Shown piece after piece: positions 49,512 to 59,023 of a stretch of 64,000 nt of DNA. The notes below the pieces were generated by a model. The model searched no databases, was not told where the DNA came from, and saw only the letters and a list, made by a program, of their open reading frames with translations. How positions within the stretch are numbered: position 1 is the stretch's first letter; each line of letters starts with the position of its first letter. This stretch comes from Corallococcus sp. AB038B (GTDB lineage Bacteria > Myxococcota > Myxococcia > Myxococcales > Myxococcaceae): assembly GCF_003668955.1 (NCBI RefSeq), contig NZ_RAWO01000002.1, positions 535,605 through 599,604 on the forward strand, given 5' to 3'. The position numbers and the translations under genes were made by a program.

Positions 49512-49529
49512 TGTCGGTGGGCTTTCGTT

Positions 49530-50366
49530 CTAGAGGTTGTCGGTGAAGAAGGTGGTGGTCTCGTCCGACTGGACCGTCCGATCCGCGGTCACGGACCAGA
49601 TGACCTTCTGGGCTTCCATCTTCAGCGCGGCCTTGGCGTCGTCCAAGCGGCACTCCACCGCCTGGAGCTTCTGCTGGACGGCGCGCTTGGCCTCGTCGGA
49701 GCGCTCGCACAGCTTCTGGAGCGACTCCATCGGGCCCACGCAGTAGCTGCCAAAGGACATCTTGTTGATCTGCGCGTCCGTGATGGAGTCCCAGGCCACG
49801 GTGGACGTCAGCTTGGAGCCGCACGCCTTGTTCGTCGCCGCAATGGCCTCGGACAGCTGCGTCTCCGCCTGGTTCGTCCAGAACTTGCGGTCGAACGCGA
49901 GCAGGCCCTGGTACTTCTTGTCGCCTTCCAGGTCCTCGTAGCGCTCGAAGACCTTCTCCACCTTCAGCGCGCCCGTCTTGGCCGTGTCCGGCTTCAGGTG
50001 CGAGTAGCCCGTGTGGTTCACGCCGCTGAAGACCAGGTCCTCGTAGCCGCCCCGGTCATGCACGGTGACGAAGCGCTGCTTGTTGCCGCGCCACATCGTC
50101 CAGTACTCCACGGAGCGCCGCTGCTGCGTGTCCACCCACGCGACCAGCACCTGGCCGTCCAGCTCGCTCTTGGTGCCTTCGAAAGCGACCAGCGCCTTCT
50201 TCGCGTCACCGGGCTCCAGCGCGATGAGGGAGATCTTCTCGCCGGCCTCGTTGGAATACACCTTGCCGGTGGTGGGCTTCGTACCCGCCACCTCGCTGTC
50301 GGGCCGCACGCCCCGGGAACACCCCAGGGACAGCGCCACGACCCCCACTGCCAGTAGCACTCTCAC
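49530..50366 (-). CDS. Lipoprotein, hypothetical.
   Basis: A signal and lipobox (LSLGCS) are present. The ORF is 278 aa. Confidence 0.5.
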   Translation of the reverse strand: MRVLLAVGVVALSLGCSRGVRPDSEVAGTKPTTGKVYSNEAGEKISLIALEPGDAKKALVAFEGTKSELDGQVLVAWVDTQQRRSVEYWTMWRGNKQRFVTVHDRGGYEDLVFSGVNHTGYSHLKPDTAKTGALKVEKVFERYEDLEGDKKYQGLLAFDRKFWTNQAETQLSEAIAATNKACGSKLTSTVAWDSITDAQINKMSFGSYCVGPMESLQKLCERSDEAKRAVQQKLQAVECRLDDAKAALKMEAQKVIWSVTADRTVQSDETTTFFTDNL

Positions 50367-50426
50367 GACAACTCCTTGGATTGCGGGCGCGCCCCCGCTC
50401 TGGAGTTTCCGCGCGCCCGGACGACG

Positions 50427-52079
50427 CTAAAGGTCGATATCGTACTGCGAACAGTATTGTCGGACCCTTGGACGTTCCGTTGCCGGTACGCGGGTCCAAT
50501 TTGCCCGCGAGTTCGCCAGGTCGTGCTGCTGGCAGTACACGCGGGTGAGCAGCGAGAACGACAGGCCGGTGATCTTCGTGCGCTGGCTGCGCCGGATGTG
50601 ACGCAGCGCTTCCGCCGTGTTCGACGCGTCCAGTGCCTTCTGCGCCGCCGCCAGGTCCTCGCGCACGCTGTCCGGCATGGCCTCGGGGGCGACGCGAGTC
50701 TTCGGCTTGGTGTTCACCGTGGGCTGCGTGGAGTTCTCCGGTTCCGTCGGCTGCGTCGGCTGGGGCTCCGGATCCACGGGCTTGTTCACGTCCTCCGGCG
50801 GCGCCACGACCACGGCGGGCGGCGTGACGGGCTCCGTGGGCTGGGGCTGGACCGGGGGCGACGGGGGATTCGCCACCACGACGGCGGGCGCAGTCACGTC
50901 CGGGCGCTTCCAGAAGAAGGCGACGGCGAACGCGATGATGACCGCCATCCCCACGGCCACGGCCACCGGCCACTTCGGGCGGGCAGGGGCCAGCGGCTGG
51001 GCGGACAGGGATGCCGTCTGCGGACCGGCGGAAGGGGCAGGGGACGACGTGTCGTGGCCGGCGTGGGGGCGCATGCCCACCGTGGGGATGTGCTCCTCGC
51101 GGTCCGGCGGACGCGGCACCGACGGCGGGGCCGTGGGATTGGCGGGCCGCGAGCGCTGCTCCGGCTTCACTTCCGCGAGCGTCTGGAGCGGGCTGCCCGT
51201 CAGGTCCAGGATGAACGAGCCCACGTCCGGGTAGCGGTCGTCTGGCTTCTTCGCCATCGCGCGGGAGATGGCCGTCACCACGTGCGGCGGCGTCTCGGGC
51301 GCAAGTGACAGGAGCGGCGGGGGCTCCAGGTGGACGATCTGGTAGATGAGCTCCGCGACGTTGTCGCCCGAGTAGGGCGGCCGGCCGGCGATCATCTCGT
51401 AGACGATGCAGCCGAACGCGAAGAGGTCCGTGCGCGCGTCCACGTTGCTGTTGTGGCCCATGGCCTGCTCGGGGGCCATGTACTGCGGCGTCCCCATCAG
51501 CACGGAGTCCAGCGTCATCAGCGTGCGCGAGTCCACGAGCTTGGAGATGCCGAAGTCGAGCAGCTTCACGCGCTCGCCCACGACGCCGCCCGCTTCCGTG
51601 GGCACGAGGAACACGTTGCCCGGCTTCAGGTCGCGGTGCACCACGCCCGCGCGGTGCGCCGCCTGCAACGCCGCGCCCATCTGCCGCGTGATGGAGAAGA
51701 CCTCCTCCAGCGGCAACTTCTTCTGCTTGCGCAGCCGGCGCGACAGGCCTTCCCCGCGCAGGTACTCCATCACCATGAAGGGCGTGCCGTCCTCCAGGGT
51801 GTCGAAGTCCAGCACCTCCACGATGTTCGGGTGCCCCAGCCGGGAGGCGATCTCCGCCTCGCGCCGGAAGCGCAGCGCCACCTCTTCCGACACCTCCTCC
51901 GCGCCGTGCAGTACCTTGATGGCGACCTGCTTGCCCGGCAGGCGCAGGTGGCGCGCGAGGAACACCGCGCCCATGCCACCCTTGCCCAGCACGGTGCCAA
52001 TCTCATACGTGGAGCGCAGGACCCGTCCCGTGGTCAACGGCTCGCTCTGCGCGGAGGTCGGTTCGGTTGGCTTTTGCAT
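50427..52079 (-). CDS. Ser/Thr protein kinase with a TM helix and a C-terminal domain.
   Basis: GKGGMGAVF, VAIKVL, HRDLKPGNVF, DFGISK and APEQ are all present. A Pro-rich linker, a TM helix and an extracytoplasmic tail follow. Confidence 0.85.
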   Translation of the reverse strand: MQKPTEPTSAQSEPLTTGRVLRSTYEIGTVLGKGGMGAVFLARHLRLPGKQVAIKVLHGAEEVSEEVALRFRREAEIASRLGHPNIVEVLDFDTLEDGTPFMVMEYLRGEGLSRRLRKQKKLPLEEVFSITRQMGAALQAAHRAGVVHRDLKPGNVFLVPTEAGGVVGERVKLLDFGISKLVDSRTLMTLDSVLMGTPQYMAPEQAMGHNSNVDARTDLFAFGCIVYEMIAGRPPYSGDNVAELIYQIVHLEPPPLLSLAPETPPHVVTAISRAMAKKPDDRYPDVGSFILDLTGSPLQTLAEVKPEQRSRPANPTAPPSVPRPPDREEHIPTVGMRPHAGHDTSSPAPSAGPQTASLSAQPLAPARPKWPVAVAVGMAVIIAFAVAFFWKRPDVTAPAVVVANPPSPPVQPQPTEPVTPPAVVVAPPEDVNKPVDPEPQPTQPTEPENSTQPTVNTKPKTRVAPEAMPDSVREDLAAAQKALDASNTAEALRHIRRSQRTKITGLSFSLLTRVYCQQHDLANSRANWTRVPATERPRVRQYCSQYDIDL

Positions 52080-52227
52080 CGGCGGTCCAAATTCCTACTA
52101 GACCGGTCCGACACGATTGGAAAGCACCTGGGTCGAATCCTCCCCCACGGGTCGTGTGAACGCGCTCGGGCTCTCAGGTTCTGAGAGCCCGAGCTGTATT
52201 TTTATCCAGCGACGGAAAGCGCTCCCG

Positions 52228-52866
52228 CTACGGCGTGACGGGTGGGAGCACCAGGTTCGACTGGGTGACCACGGCGGCGTTGATGTTCTGCTGCACGGCC
52301 TGCCGCTCGGTGAGCGCCTCCTGCGTCAGGGCCGGGTTGGTGATCTGGGTCGACAGCAGGCTGTCGTTGAGGAAGCCGATTTGTGTGTGCAGGGCGAGCT
52401 GCGCGCTGGTCAGCGCCAGGTCGAGCTCGGGGCCCGCGGCCGGTGCGTTCGGACCGGCGAGGGTCTGCATGATCTGCTGGGCCTCGGTCTGCAATTGGAG
52501 GCTCAGCGCGGAGTCCTCGGGTGTGATGCCTTGGGCCGTGAGCAGCGCGTCCAGCCGTTGTCTCGCGGCGGTCTGATCCGTGACCAGCTGGTTGTTGAAG
52601 GCGACCACGGCCGGGTCGGAGGAGAGCGGCGCGGCGTACTGGGCCAGCATCACCAGGCTGTCGTTGGCCACCTGCAGGACGCGGGCGATCTGCGCGTCGG
52701 TGAGCGTCAGGAGCACGCCCGCGTCGATGCCCGCGTCCGGGACCTGCTGTTGTGGCACGTCCTGCGGCGTGGGCTCCTTGTTCGCCTCGCTTCCGCAGCC
52801 GTAGCCCAGCGCCAGCGCGCCCGCCAGCAGTGTCCCCATCCAGAATTTCGCTGTCCGCATGTCCAA
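52228..52866 (-). CDS. Lipoprotein, possibly DUF4142-type.
   Basis: A signal and lipobox (LGYGCGS) are present. The body is helical and Q/A/L-rich. Confidence 0.45.
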   Translation of the reverse strand: MDMRTAKFWMGTLLAGALALGYGCGSEANKEPTPQDVPQQQVPDAGIDAGVLLTLTDAQIARVLQVANDSLVMLAQYAAPLSSDPAVVAFNNQLVTDQTAARQRLDALLTAQGITPEDSALSLQLQTEAQQIMQTLAGPNAPAAGPELDLALTSAQLALHTQIGFLNDSLLSTQITNPALTQEALTERQAVQQNINAAVVTQSNLVLPPVTP

Positions 52867-53052
52867 CCCCCGTGAATGTCGCGGAGGCAGGATGGGGAGG
52901 CCCTCCGTTGATGGCCATGCGCGTCCCAGCCGTTGCCACTGTGCCCGGGTGCACAGGCCGGGCAGGCAGGGGGCCTCTCCGGGTGCGAGTGTCGGCCTGG
53001 GAACGCGCGATTTTTCACGGGGATGGGGCGGCTCCTCCTAGAGTCGGGCCCG

Positions 53053-55614
53053 ATGAGTGCCTCCGCCGACACCCGCGCCCCGCTCGCCGCCTTGCTGCCG
53101 AAGCCCGGCGAGCCCCCTCTCGATGCCGACGAGATCCTCAACCGCTTCGTGGGCTACGTGGCCACGAACGGCCTGAGCCTGTACTCCGCCCAGGAGGAAG
53201 CCATCCTGGAGCTCTTGAGCGACAAGCACCTGTTCCTCAAGACGCCCACGGGCTCCGGCAAGTCGCTGGTGGCCATGGCGCTCCACTTCAAGGCCATGGC
53301 CGAGGGCAAGGTGTCGTTCTACACGTGCCCCATCAAGGCGCTGGTGAACGAGAAGTTCTTCGCGCTCTCCAAGGCCTTTGGCCCGGAGAACGTGGGCATG
53401 CTGACGGGCGACGCGTCCATCAACCGCGAGGCGCCCATCCTCTGCTGCACGGCGGAGATCCTGTCCAACCTCGCGCTGCGTGACGCGTCCGCGCGCGTGG
53501 ACGCGGTGGTGATGGACGAGTTCCACTACTACTCCGACAAGGAGCGCGGGGTGGCCTGGCAGATCCCGCTGCTGGCGCTGCCCAAGACGCAGTTCCTGCT
53601 GATGTCCGCCACGCTGGGCGACACGCACGTCATCGAGCAGAGCCTGGAGAAGCTCTCCGGCCGCGAGGTGGCCACGGTGCGCAGCTCCGAGCGCCCCGTG
53701 CCGCTGGACTTCGACTACCGCGAGGTTCCGCTGCACGAGACCATCCAGGACCTCATCGCGCGCGGGAAGTACCCCGTGTACCTGGTGAACTTCACGCAGC
53801 GGGCCGCGGCCGAGCAGGCGCAAAATTTGATGTCCGTGGACTTCAACACCAAGGAAGAGAAGGAGGAGATCCGCCAGGCGCTGCTGGACGCCCCCTTCGA
53901 CACGCCCTACGGCAAGGACTTCCAGCGCTTCCTGCGCCACGGCATCGGCATGCACCACGCGGGCCTGCTGCCCAAGTACCGCCTGCTGGTGGAGAAGCTG
54001 GCGCAGCAGGGACTGCTCAAGGTCATCAGCGGCACGGACACGCTGGGCGTGGGCGTGAACATCCCCATCCGCACGGTGCTCTTCACGCAGCTGTTCAAGT
54101 TCAACGGCGAGAAGCTGGCGACGTTGAGCGTGCGTGACTTCAAGCAGATCTCCGGCCGCGCGGGCCGCAAGGGCTTCGACACCGAGGGCAGCGTGGTGGC
54201 GCAGGCCCCGGAGTACATGGTCGAGAACATCCGCCAGGCGGCGAAGGAGGCCGCGGGCAAGAAGAAGTCGCCCAAGGCGAAGCCGCCGCAGAAGGGGTTC
54301 GTGCAGTTCGACAAGAGCACCTTCGAGCGGCTCCAGAACGGGATGCCGGAGCCGCTGGAGTCGCGCTTCGACGTGAGCCACGGCCTGCTGCTCAACCTGC
54401 TCCAGAGCGACAAGACGGAGGGCAGCGGCGGCTACAAGCGGCTGGTGCAGTTGGTGATGCGCTCGCACAGCTCCGACTACACGAAGAAGAAGCTGCTGAA
54501 GGACGCGGCGATGTACTTCCGCACGCTGCGCGACGCGGGCATCGTGAAGGTGGTGCAGTGGGAGAAGCACTCGGCGACGGTGGAGGTGTCGGAGGACCTG
54601 CAGCGCGACTTCAGCCTCAACCACACGCTGTCGCTGTACCTGCACGAGACGCTGGAGTTGTTGGACCCCACGCTGGACACGTACGCGCTGGACGTCGTCA
54701 CGCTGGTGGAGTCCATCCTGGAGAACCCGGACGTGGTGCTGTACGCGCAGCTGCACCAGCTGAAGGGGGAGAAGATCCAGGAGATGAAGGCGCGGGGCGT
54801 GGAGTACGACGACCGCATGGAGGAGCTGGAGAAGCTGGAGTGGCCCAAGCCGAACCGCGAGTTCGTCTACGGCACCTTCAACGCCTTCGCGAAGAAACAC
54901 CCGTGGGTGGGCGAGGAGAACATCCGCCCCAAGTCCATTGTCCGGGACATGTTCGAGCGCTTCATGTCCTTCCACGACTACGTGCGCGAGTACGGCCTGC
55001 AGCGCAGCGAGGGCGTGCTCTTGCGTTACGTGGGTGACGTCTACAAGTCGCTGGTGCAGACGGTGCCGGAGAAGTTCCGCAACGAGGACCTGGACGACAT
55101 CCTCGACCACCTCCGCGCGACGCTGCGTCAGGTGGACTCCAGCCTCCTGGACGAGTGGGAGCGGATGCGCAACCCGGAGGCCCCCGTCGAAGTGAAGCCG
55201 GTGGTGGACCTCAAGCCCAAGGAGCTCACGGAGGACCCCAAGGCCTTCGCCGCGCGCGTGCGCGAGGAGCTGCACCGTTTGTTGCGCGCCCTGGGCCAGC
55301 GCCGCTACCTGGACGCGCTGGGCATGCTGGACAACGCGCTGGGCGAGTGGACCGCGCCGAAGCTGGAGCTGGCCATGGCGCCGTACTTCGAGGAGCACAA
55401 GCTGGTGGTGCTCACGCCCCAGGCGCGCAAGCCGGCGAACACGCAGCTGAAGGAAGCGGGCACGCGCCAGTGGGAGGCCCAGCAGCGCATCATGGACCCG
55501 GAGGGCCATGGGGACTGGGTCATCGACTGTGAGGTTGATTTGCGCGGCCGGCGCATGGACGACGGCCCCATCCTGATGCTGCGCCGGATTGGCGGCATGG
55601 CCGCCTGGTCTTGA
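53053..55614 (+). CDS. DEAD/DEAH-box (Ski2-like) helicase with a long C-terminal domain.
   Basis: Walker A (TPTGSGKS), DEFH, SAT and ..GRAGRKG.. are present. It is read from MSASADT (an internal start in the track ORF). Confidence 0.8.
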   Translation: MSASADTRAPLAALLPKPGEPPLDADEILNRFVGYVATNGLSLYSAQEEAILELLSDKHLFLKTPTGSGKSLVAMALHFKAMAEGKVSFYTCPIKALVNEKFFALSKAFGPENVGMLTGDASINREAPILCCTAEILSNLALRDASARVDAVVMDEFHYYSDKERGVAWQIPLLALPKTQFLLMSATLGDTHVIEQSLEKLSGREVATVRSSERPVPLDFDYREVPLHETIQDLIARGKYPVYLVNFTQRAAAEQAQNLMSVDFNTKEEKEEIRQALLDAPFDTPYGKDFQRFLRHGIGMHHAGLLPKYRLLVEKLAQQGLLKVISGTDTLGVGVNIPIRTVLFTQLFKFNGEKLATLSVRDFKQISGRAGRKGFDTEGSVVAQAPEYMVENIRQAAKEAAGKKKSPKAKPPQKGFVQFDKSTFERLQNGMPEPLESRFDVSHGLLLNLLQSDKTEGSGGYKRLVQLVMRSHSSDYTKKKLLKDAAMYFRTLRDAGIVKVVQWEKHSATVEVSEDLQRDFSLNHTLSLYLHETLELLDPTLDTYALDVVTLVESILENPDVVLYAQLHQLKGEKIQEMKARGVEYDDRMEELEKLEWPKPNREFVYGTFNAFAKKHPWVGEENIRPKSIVRDMFERFMSFHDYVREYGLQRSEGVLLRYVGDVYKSLVQTVPEKFRNEDLDDILDHLRATLRQVDSSLLDEWERMRNPEAPVEVKPVVDLKPKELTEDPKAFAARVREELHRLLRALGQRRYLDALGMLDNALGEWTAPKLELAMAPYFEEHKLVVLTPQARKPANTQLKEAGTRQWEAQQRIMDPEGHGDWVIDCEVDLRGRRMDDGPILMLRRIGGMAAWS

Positions 55615-55617
55615 CCG

Positions 55618-55911
55618 TCAGGTGTGTGGCGGCTTGGAGGCTCCAGAGCCTCCGGCCGCCTCGCGCACGGTGAGGGTAGCGACCTCCACCTCCGCGAGGA
55701 TGCGGCGCGCGTGGTGGAGCAGGGCCTCTCCGGTGGGCAGCAGGCGCATGCCTTTGGGGACGCGCTCGAAGAGGGGCGTGCCCAGCTCATCCTCCAGGGC
55801 GAGGATGTGACGGCTGAGCGGCGGCTGGGTGATGTGCAGCCGGAGCGCGGCCCGGCCCACGTGGCCCTCTTCCGCCACCGCGACGAAGGACTGGAGGTGC
55901 GTGATGCTCAC
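55618..55911 (-). CDS. LysR-type HTH domain only (truncated regulator or stand-alone HTH).
   Basis: ..ITHLQSFVAVAEEGHVGRAALRLHITQPPLSRHILALEDELGTPLFER.. is followed by a stop after about 95 aa. No effector-binding domain is present. Confidence 0.4.
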   Translation of the reverse strand: MSITHLQSFVAVAEEGHVGRAALRLHITQPPLSRHILALEDELGTPLFERVPKGMRLLPTGEALLHHARRILAEVEVATLTVREAAGGSGASKPPHT

Positions 55912-56003
55912 GCGCGGGACGTTAGCGCGAGTCGTGCGCGCCGTGCACGCAGGCCGCGTCATGCCAGAACAGCATTGGACGCTCCGGACGGGCGGGTGCC
56001 ACC

Positions 56004-56804
56004 TTGCCCGCCATGGGAATTCCTCTCTTCAAGGGCAGTGAAGTGGAGCGGTTGCGGCTCGCGGGCCGTGCAGCGGCGGGCACGTTGGCGCACGTGGCCT
56101 CCCGGCTCCAGCCGGGCGTGACGACGGCGGACATCGACGCGTGGGTTCGCGAGGACACGGCGCGGCGGGGTGGGACGCCCAGTCAGCTGGGCTACAAGGG
56201 CTTCCCGGCCACGGTGTGCACCAGCCGCAACCACGTGGTGTGCCATGGCATCCCGCGCACGGATGAAGTGCTGAAGCCCGGCGACATCGTCAACGTGGAC
56301 GTGACGACGCACCTGGACGGCTTCCACGGCGACACGTCCGCCACGTTCATGATTGGCGAGGTCTCCGCGGACGCGAAGCACGTCGTGGACGTGGCTCGGC
56401 GTTGCCGGGACGCGGGCGTGTCGGTGGTGCGGCACGGCGCGCGGCTGGGGGACATTGGCGCGGCGGTGATGGCGCTGGCGAAGGCGGAGGGGTGCAGCAT
56501 CGTGGAGGAGTTCGGGGGCCACGGCATCGGCAGGCAGATGCATGGGGAGCCGCATGTGCCGCACGTGGGCAAGGCGGGCACGGGCATCACGCTGAAATCG
56601 GGGATGGTCATCACCATCGAGCCCATGGTGAACCTGGGGCGGCCGGACATCCGGATGATGCCGGACGGGTGGACCGTCGTGACCGCGGACGGCAGCCTGT
56701 CCGCCCAGTTCGAGCACACCGTGCTCGTCACCCGCGACGGCTGCGAAGTCCTCACGCCCAACGAGCTGTCCCTGCTCATCTCCGTGAGCCATCCAGAAAA
56801 CTGA
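56004..56804 (+). CDS. map: Type I methionine aminopeptidase.
   Basis: The metal ligands D...D..H..E..E are in context (..VNVDVTTHLDGFHGDTS.., ..EEFGGHGIG.., ..TIEPM.., ..QFEHTV..). Confidence 0.9.
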   Translation: MPAMGIPLFKGSEVERLRLAGRAAAGTLAHVASRLQPGVTTADIDAWVREDTARRGGTPSQLGYKGFPATVCTSRNHVVCHGIPRTDEVLKPGDIVNVDVTTHLDGFHGDTSATFMIGEVSADAKHVVDVARRCRDAGVSVVRHGARLGDIGAAVMALAKAEGCSIVEEFGGHGIGRQMHGEPHVPHVGKAGTGITLKSGMVITIEPMVNLGRPDIRMMPDGWTVVTADGSLSAQFEHTVLVTRDGCEVLTPNELSLLISVSHPEN

Positions 56805-56849
56805 TGCCTTATCGCTTCTGACATCTGGTGTCCGGAGGCCGCCCGGCGC

Positions 56850-57842
56850 ATGTCCTGGCGCATGGAAACGCCTCCACCGCTTCCCGTTGTCCATCCCCGG
56901 ACCTGGACGGCCGGACATGTCCTGGTGCCGTTGTGCACGGCGCTCTGCCTGCTGCCTTCCGTCTCCACCGGCGTGGCCCTGCTCGCGGGGCTGTGCGTGG
57001 CGCTGACCGTGGGCAATCCGTTCGCGGGGAAGACGCGGGCGCTGACGCCCAGACTGTTGTCCCTGGCGGTGGTGGGATTGGGCGCGGGCATGGACCTGCG
57101 CACGGTGCTCGCGGCGGGGCGTGAGGGGCTGGGCTACACGGTGGTGGGCATCGCGGTGTGCCTGACGCTGGGGGTGGGGCTCGCCCGGCTGCTCGGTGTT
57201 CCCCGCGTGACGGGGCTGCTCATCAGCGTGGGCACGGCCATCTGCGGCGGGAGCGCCATCGCGGCGGTGGTTCCGGTGCTGCGGCCCCAGGAGCACGAGA
57301 CGTCCGTGGCCCTGGGCACGGTGTTCCTGCTCAACGCGGTGGCGCTGTTCGTCTTCCCCGTCGTGGGCCACGCGGTGGGGCTGACGCCGCACCAGTTCGG
57401 CTTGTGGTGCGCGATGGCCATTCACGACACCAGCTCCGTGGTGGGCGCGGCGCTGCGCTACGGCCCCGAAGCCCTGGCGGTGGCCACGCCCGTGAAGCTG
57501 GCGCGCGCCCTGTGGATCCTCCCGCTGACGGTGGGCCTGGCCGCGTGGCGCCGGCGCGAGGGCCACGAGGTGACGGGCCGGGTGCGCCGGCCGTGGTTCA
57601 TCGCCGGGTTCCTCGGCGCGGCGGCGGTCGTGACGGTGTTCCCGGGGCTCGCGCCGGTGGGGCAGGGTGTGGCGGCCGTCGCCCGGCAGCTGCTCGTCGT
57701 GACGCTGTTCCTGTTGGGGGCGGGGCTGACGCGCGAGACGCTGCGGGCCGTGGGCCTTCGTCCGCTCGCTCAGGCGGTGGCGCTGTGGCTGATCATGGCG
57801 GGCCTGTGCCTGGGCGCGCTGAGGCTGGGTTGGGCGGCGTGA
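56850..57842 (+). CDS. YeiH-family (UPF0324) putative transporter.
   Basis: About 10 TM helices are predicted. It is paired convergently with a LysR gene. Confidence 0.65.
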   Translation: MSWRMETPPPLPVVHPRTWTAGHVLVPLCTALCLLPSVSTGVALLAGLCVALTVGNPFAGKTRALTPRLLSLAVVGLGAGMDLRTVLAAGREGLGYTVVGIAVCLTLGVGLARLLGVPRVTGLLISVGTAICGGSAIAAVVPVLRPQEHETSVALGTVFLLNAVALFVFPVVGHAVGLTPHQFGLWCAMAIHDTSSVVGAALRYGPEALAVATPVKLARALWILPLTVGLAAWRRREGHEVTGRVRRPWFIAGFLGAAAVVTVFPGLAPVGQGVAAVARQLLVVTLFLLGAGLTRETLRAVGLRPLAQAVALWLIMAGLCLGALRLGWAA

Positions 57843-58022
57843 GGCGCGGGCTCAGGGCAGCAGCACCGATGGCGTTGCGGGCAGGGGGCGGCGGCCAGGC
57901 GGCGTGAGCCTCGGGCTCAGGGCAGCAGCACCGGGGGCGTGGCGCGGGCATGGCGCGGCGGCGTGAGCCTCGGGCTCAGGGCAGCAGCACCGGGGGCGTG
58001 GCGCGGGCATGGCGCAGGAAGC
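57838..58022. repeat. Tandem direct repeat (3 copies, about 59-65 bp) between convergent genes.
   Basis: The unit is ggcggcgtgagcctcgggctcagggcagcagcaccgggggcgtggcgcgggcatggcgc. Each copy carries the reverse complement of the last codons plus stop of the lysR gene (..VLLP*). Copy 1 has diverged and spans the yeiH-like stop. Confidence 0.7.
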
Positions 58023-58890
58023 GGCCCGCGGCTCCGGACGGATCATCCACGGGCAGGGCCCAGGAGAACGCACGCGGGATGCGCAGCCCCGGCACGGGCA
58101 GCACCTGGAACCGGCCCAGGGACAGCTCGCCGTCGATGCTCCAGCGGGATAACAGCGCCACGCCCATACCCAGGGACACGGCCCGTTTGATCGCCTCGGT
58201 GCTGCCCAACTGGAGGTCTCCGCGTCGGGGCCCCTTGCGCACGCCCGCCTTGCGCAGGGCTCGGTCCAGCACGGCCCGTGTGCCGGAGCCCTGCTCGCGC
58301 CACAGCAGCGGTACCTCCCTCAGTGCTTCCATGGTGCGGATCCGCGACCACTCCGTCGGCCCCTGTGACGAGACCACCGGCACCAGCTCGTCATCCAGGT
58401 AGCGCTCCAGCCGGATGCCGGGCGCCCGCGCGTGCCCCTCCACCAGCCCGAGCGGCACCCGGCCCTCCGACAACCACGTCAGCACCTCGCGCGTATTGCC
58501 CACTTCCAGACGAACCTGGAGCTCACGGTGCGTGCGCAGGAAGGACGCCAGCAGGCCGGGCACGATGGCATTGGCGACGGTGGTGCTCGCCGCCAGCGCC
58601 AGCTCTCCGGTGAGGGTCTCCTCGGCCGCGATGGCGAGCGCCGCCTCGTCCAGCAGGCCATGGATGCGCTGGGCGTAGTCGAAGAGCACACGCCCCGCCG
58701 CGTTCAGCCGCACCCCGCGCGCGGTTCGCACGAGGAGCGGTTGGCCGCAGTCCGCCTCCAGTTGCCGGACCTGCGCGGTGACGGCGGGCTGCGACAGGTG
58801 GAGCAGGCGGGAGGCGGCGGAGATCTGCCCCGTCGAGGCGACGACGCGGAAGGTTTCGAGCCGGCGGGGGTCGACGAACAAGGGCTTCAT
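57976..58890 (-). CDS. LysR-family transcriptional regulator.
   Basis: The HTH is ..TFRVVASTGQISAASRLLHLSQPAVTAQVRQLE.. An effector-binding domain follows. Confidence 0.8.
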   Translation of the reverse strand: MKPLFVDPRRLETFRVVASTGQISAASRLLHLSQPAVTAQVRQLEADCGQPLLVRTARGVRLNAAGRVLFDYAQRIHGLLDEAALAIAAEETLTGELALAASTTVANAIVPGLLASFLRTHRELQVRLEVGNTREVLTWLSEGRVPLGLVEGHARAPGIRLERYLDDELVPVVSSQGPTEWSRIRTMEALREVPLLWREQGSGTRAVLDRALRKAGVRKGPRRGDLQLGSTEAIKRAVSLGMGVALLSRWSIDGELSLGRFQVLPVPGLRIPRAFSWALPVDDPSGAAGRFLRHARATPPVLLP

Positions 58891-59023
58891 CCTAGACGAG
58901 GCGCGGGGGGAGGGGCGCCTTCATCGCTGGGTGTTGAGAAGGGGGCGCTTGCGTCCGCCTGCCCGGCAGGGCGCCCGGTGGTTCTCGTTGGAAGCGTCAG
59001 GGCCTTTGATAGGTTGCCGCCCC

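Noticed and set aside
53038-55509. An 823-aa minus-strand ORF.
   Set aside because: It is antisense to the DEAD/DEAH helicase gene.
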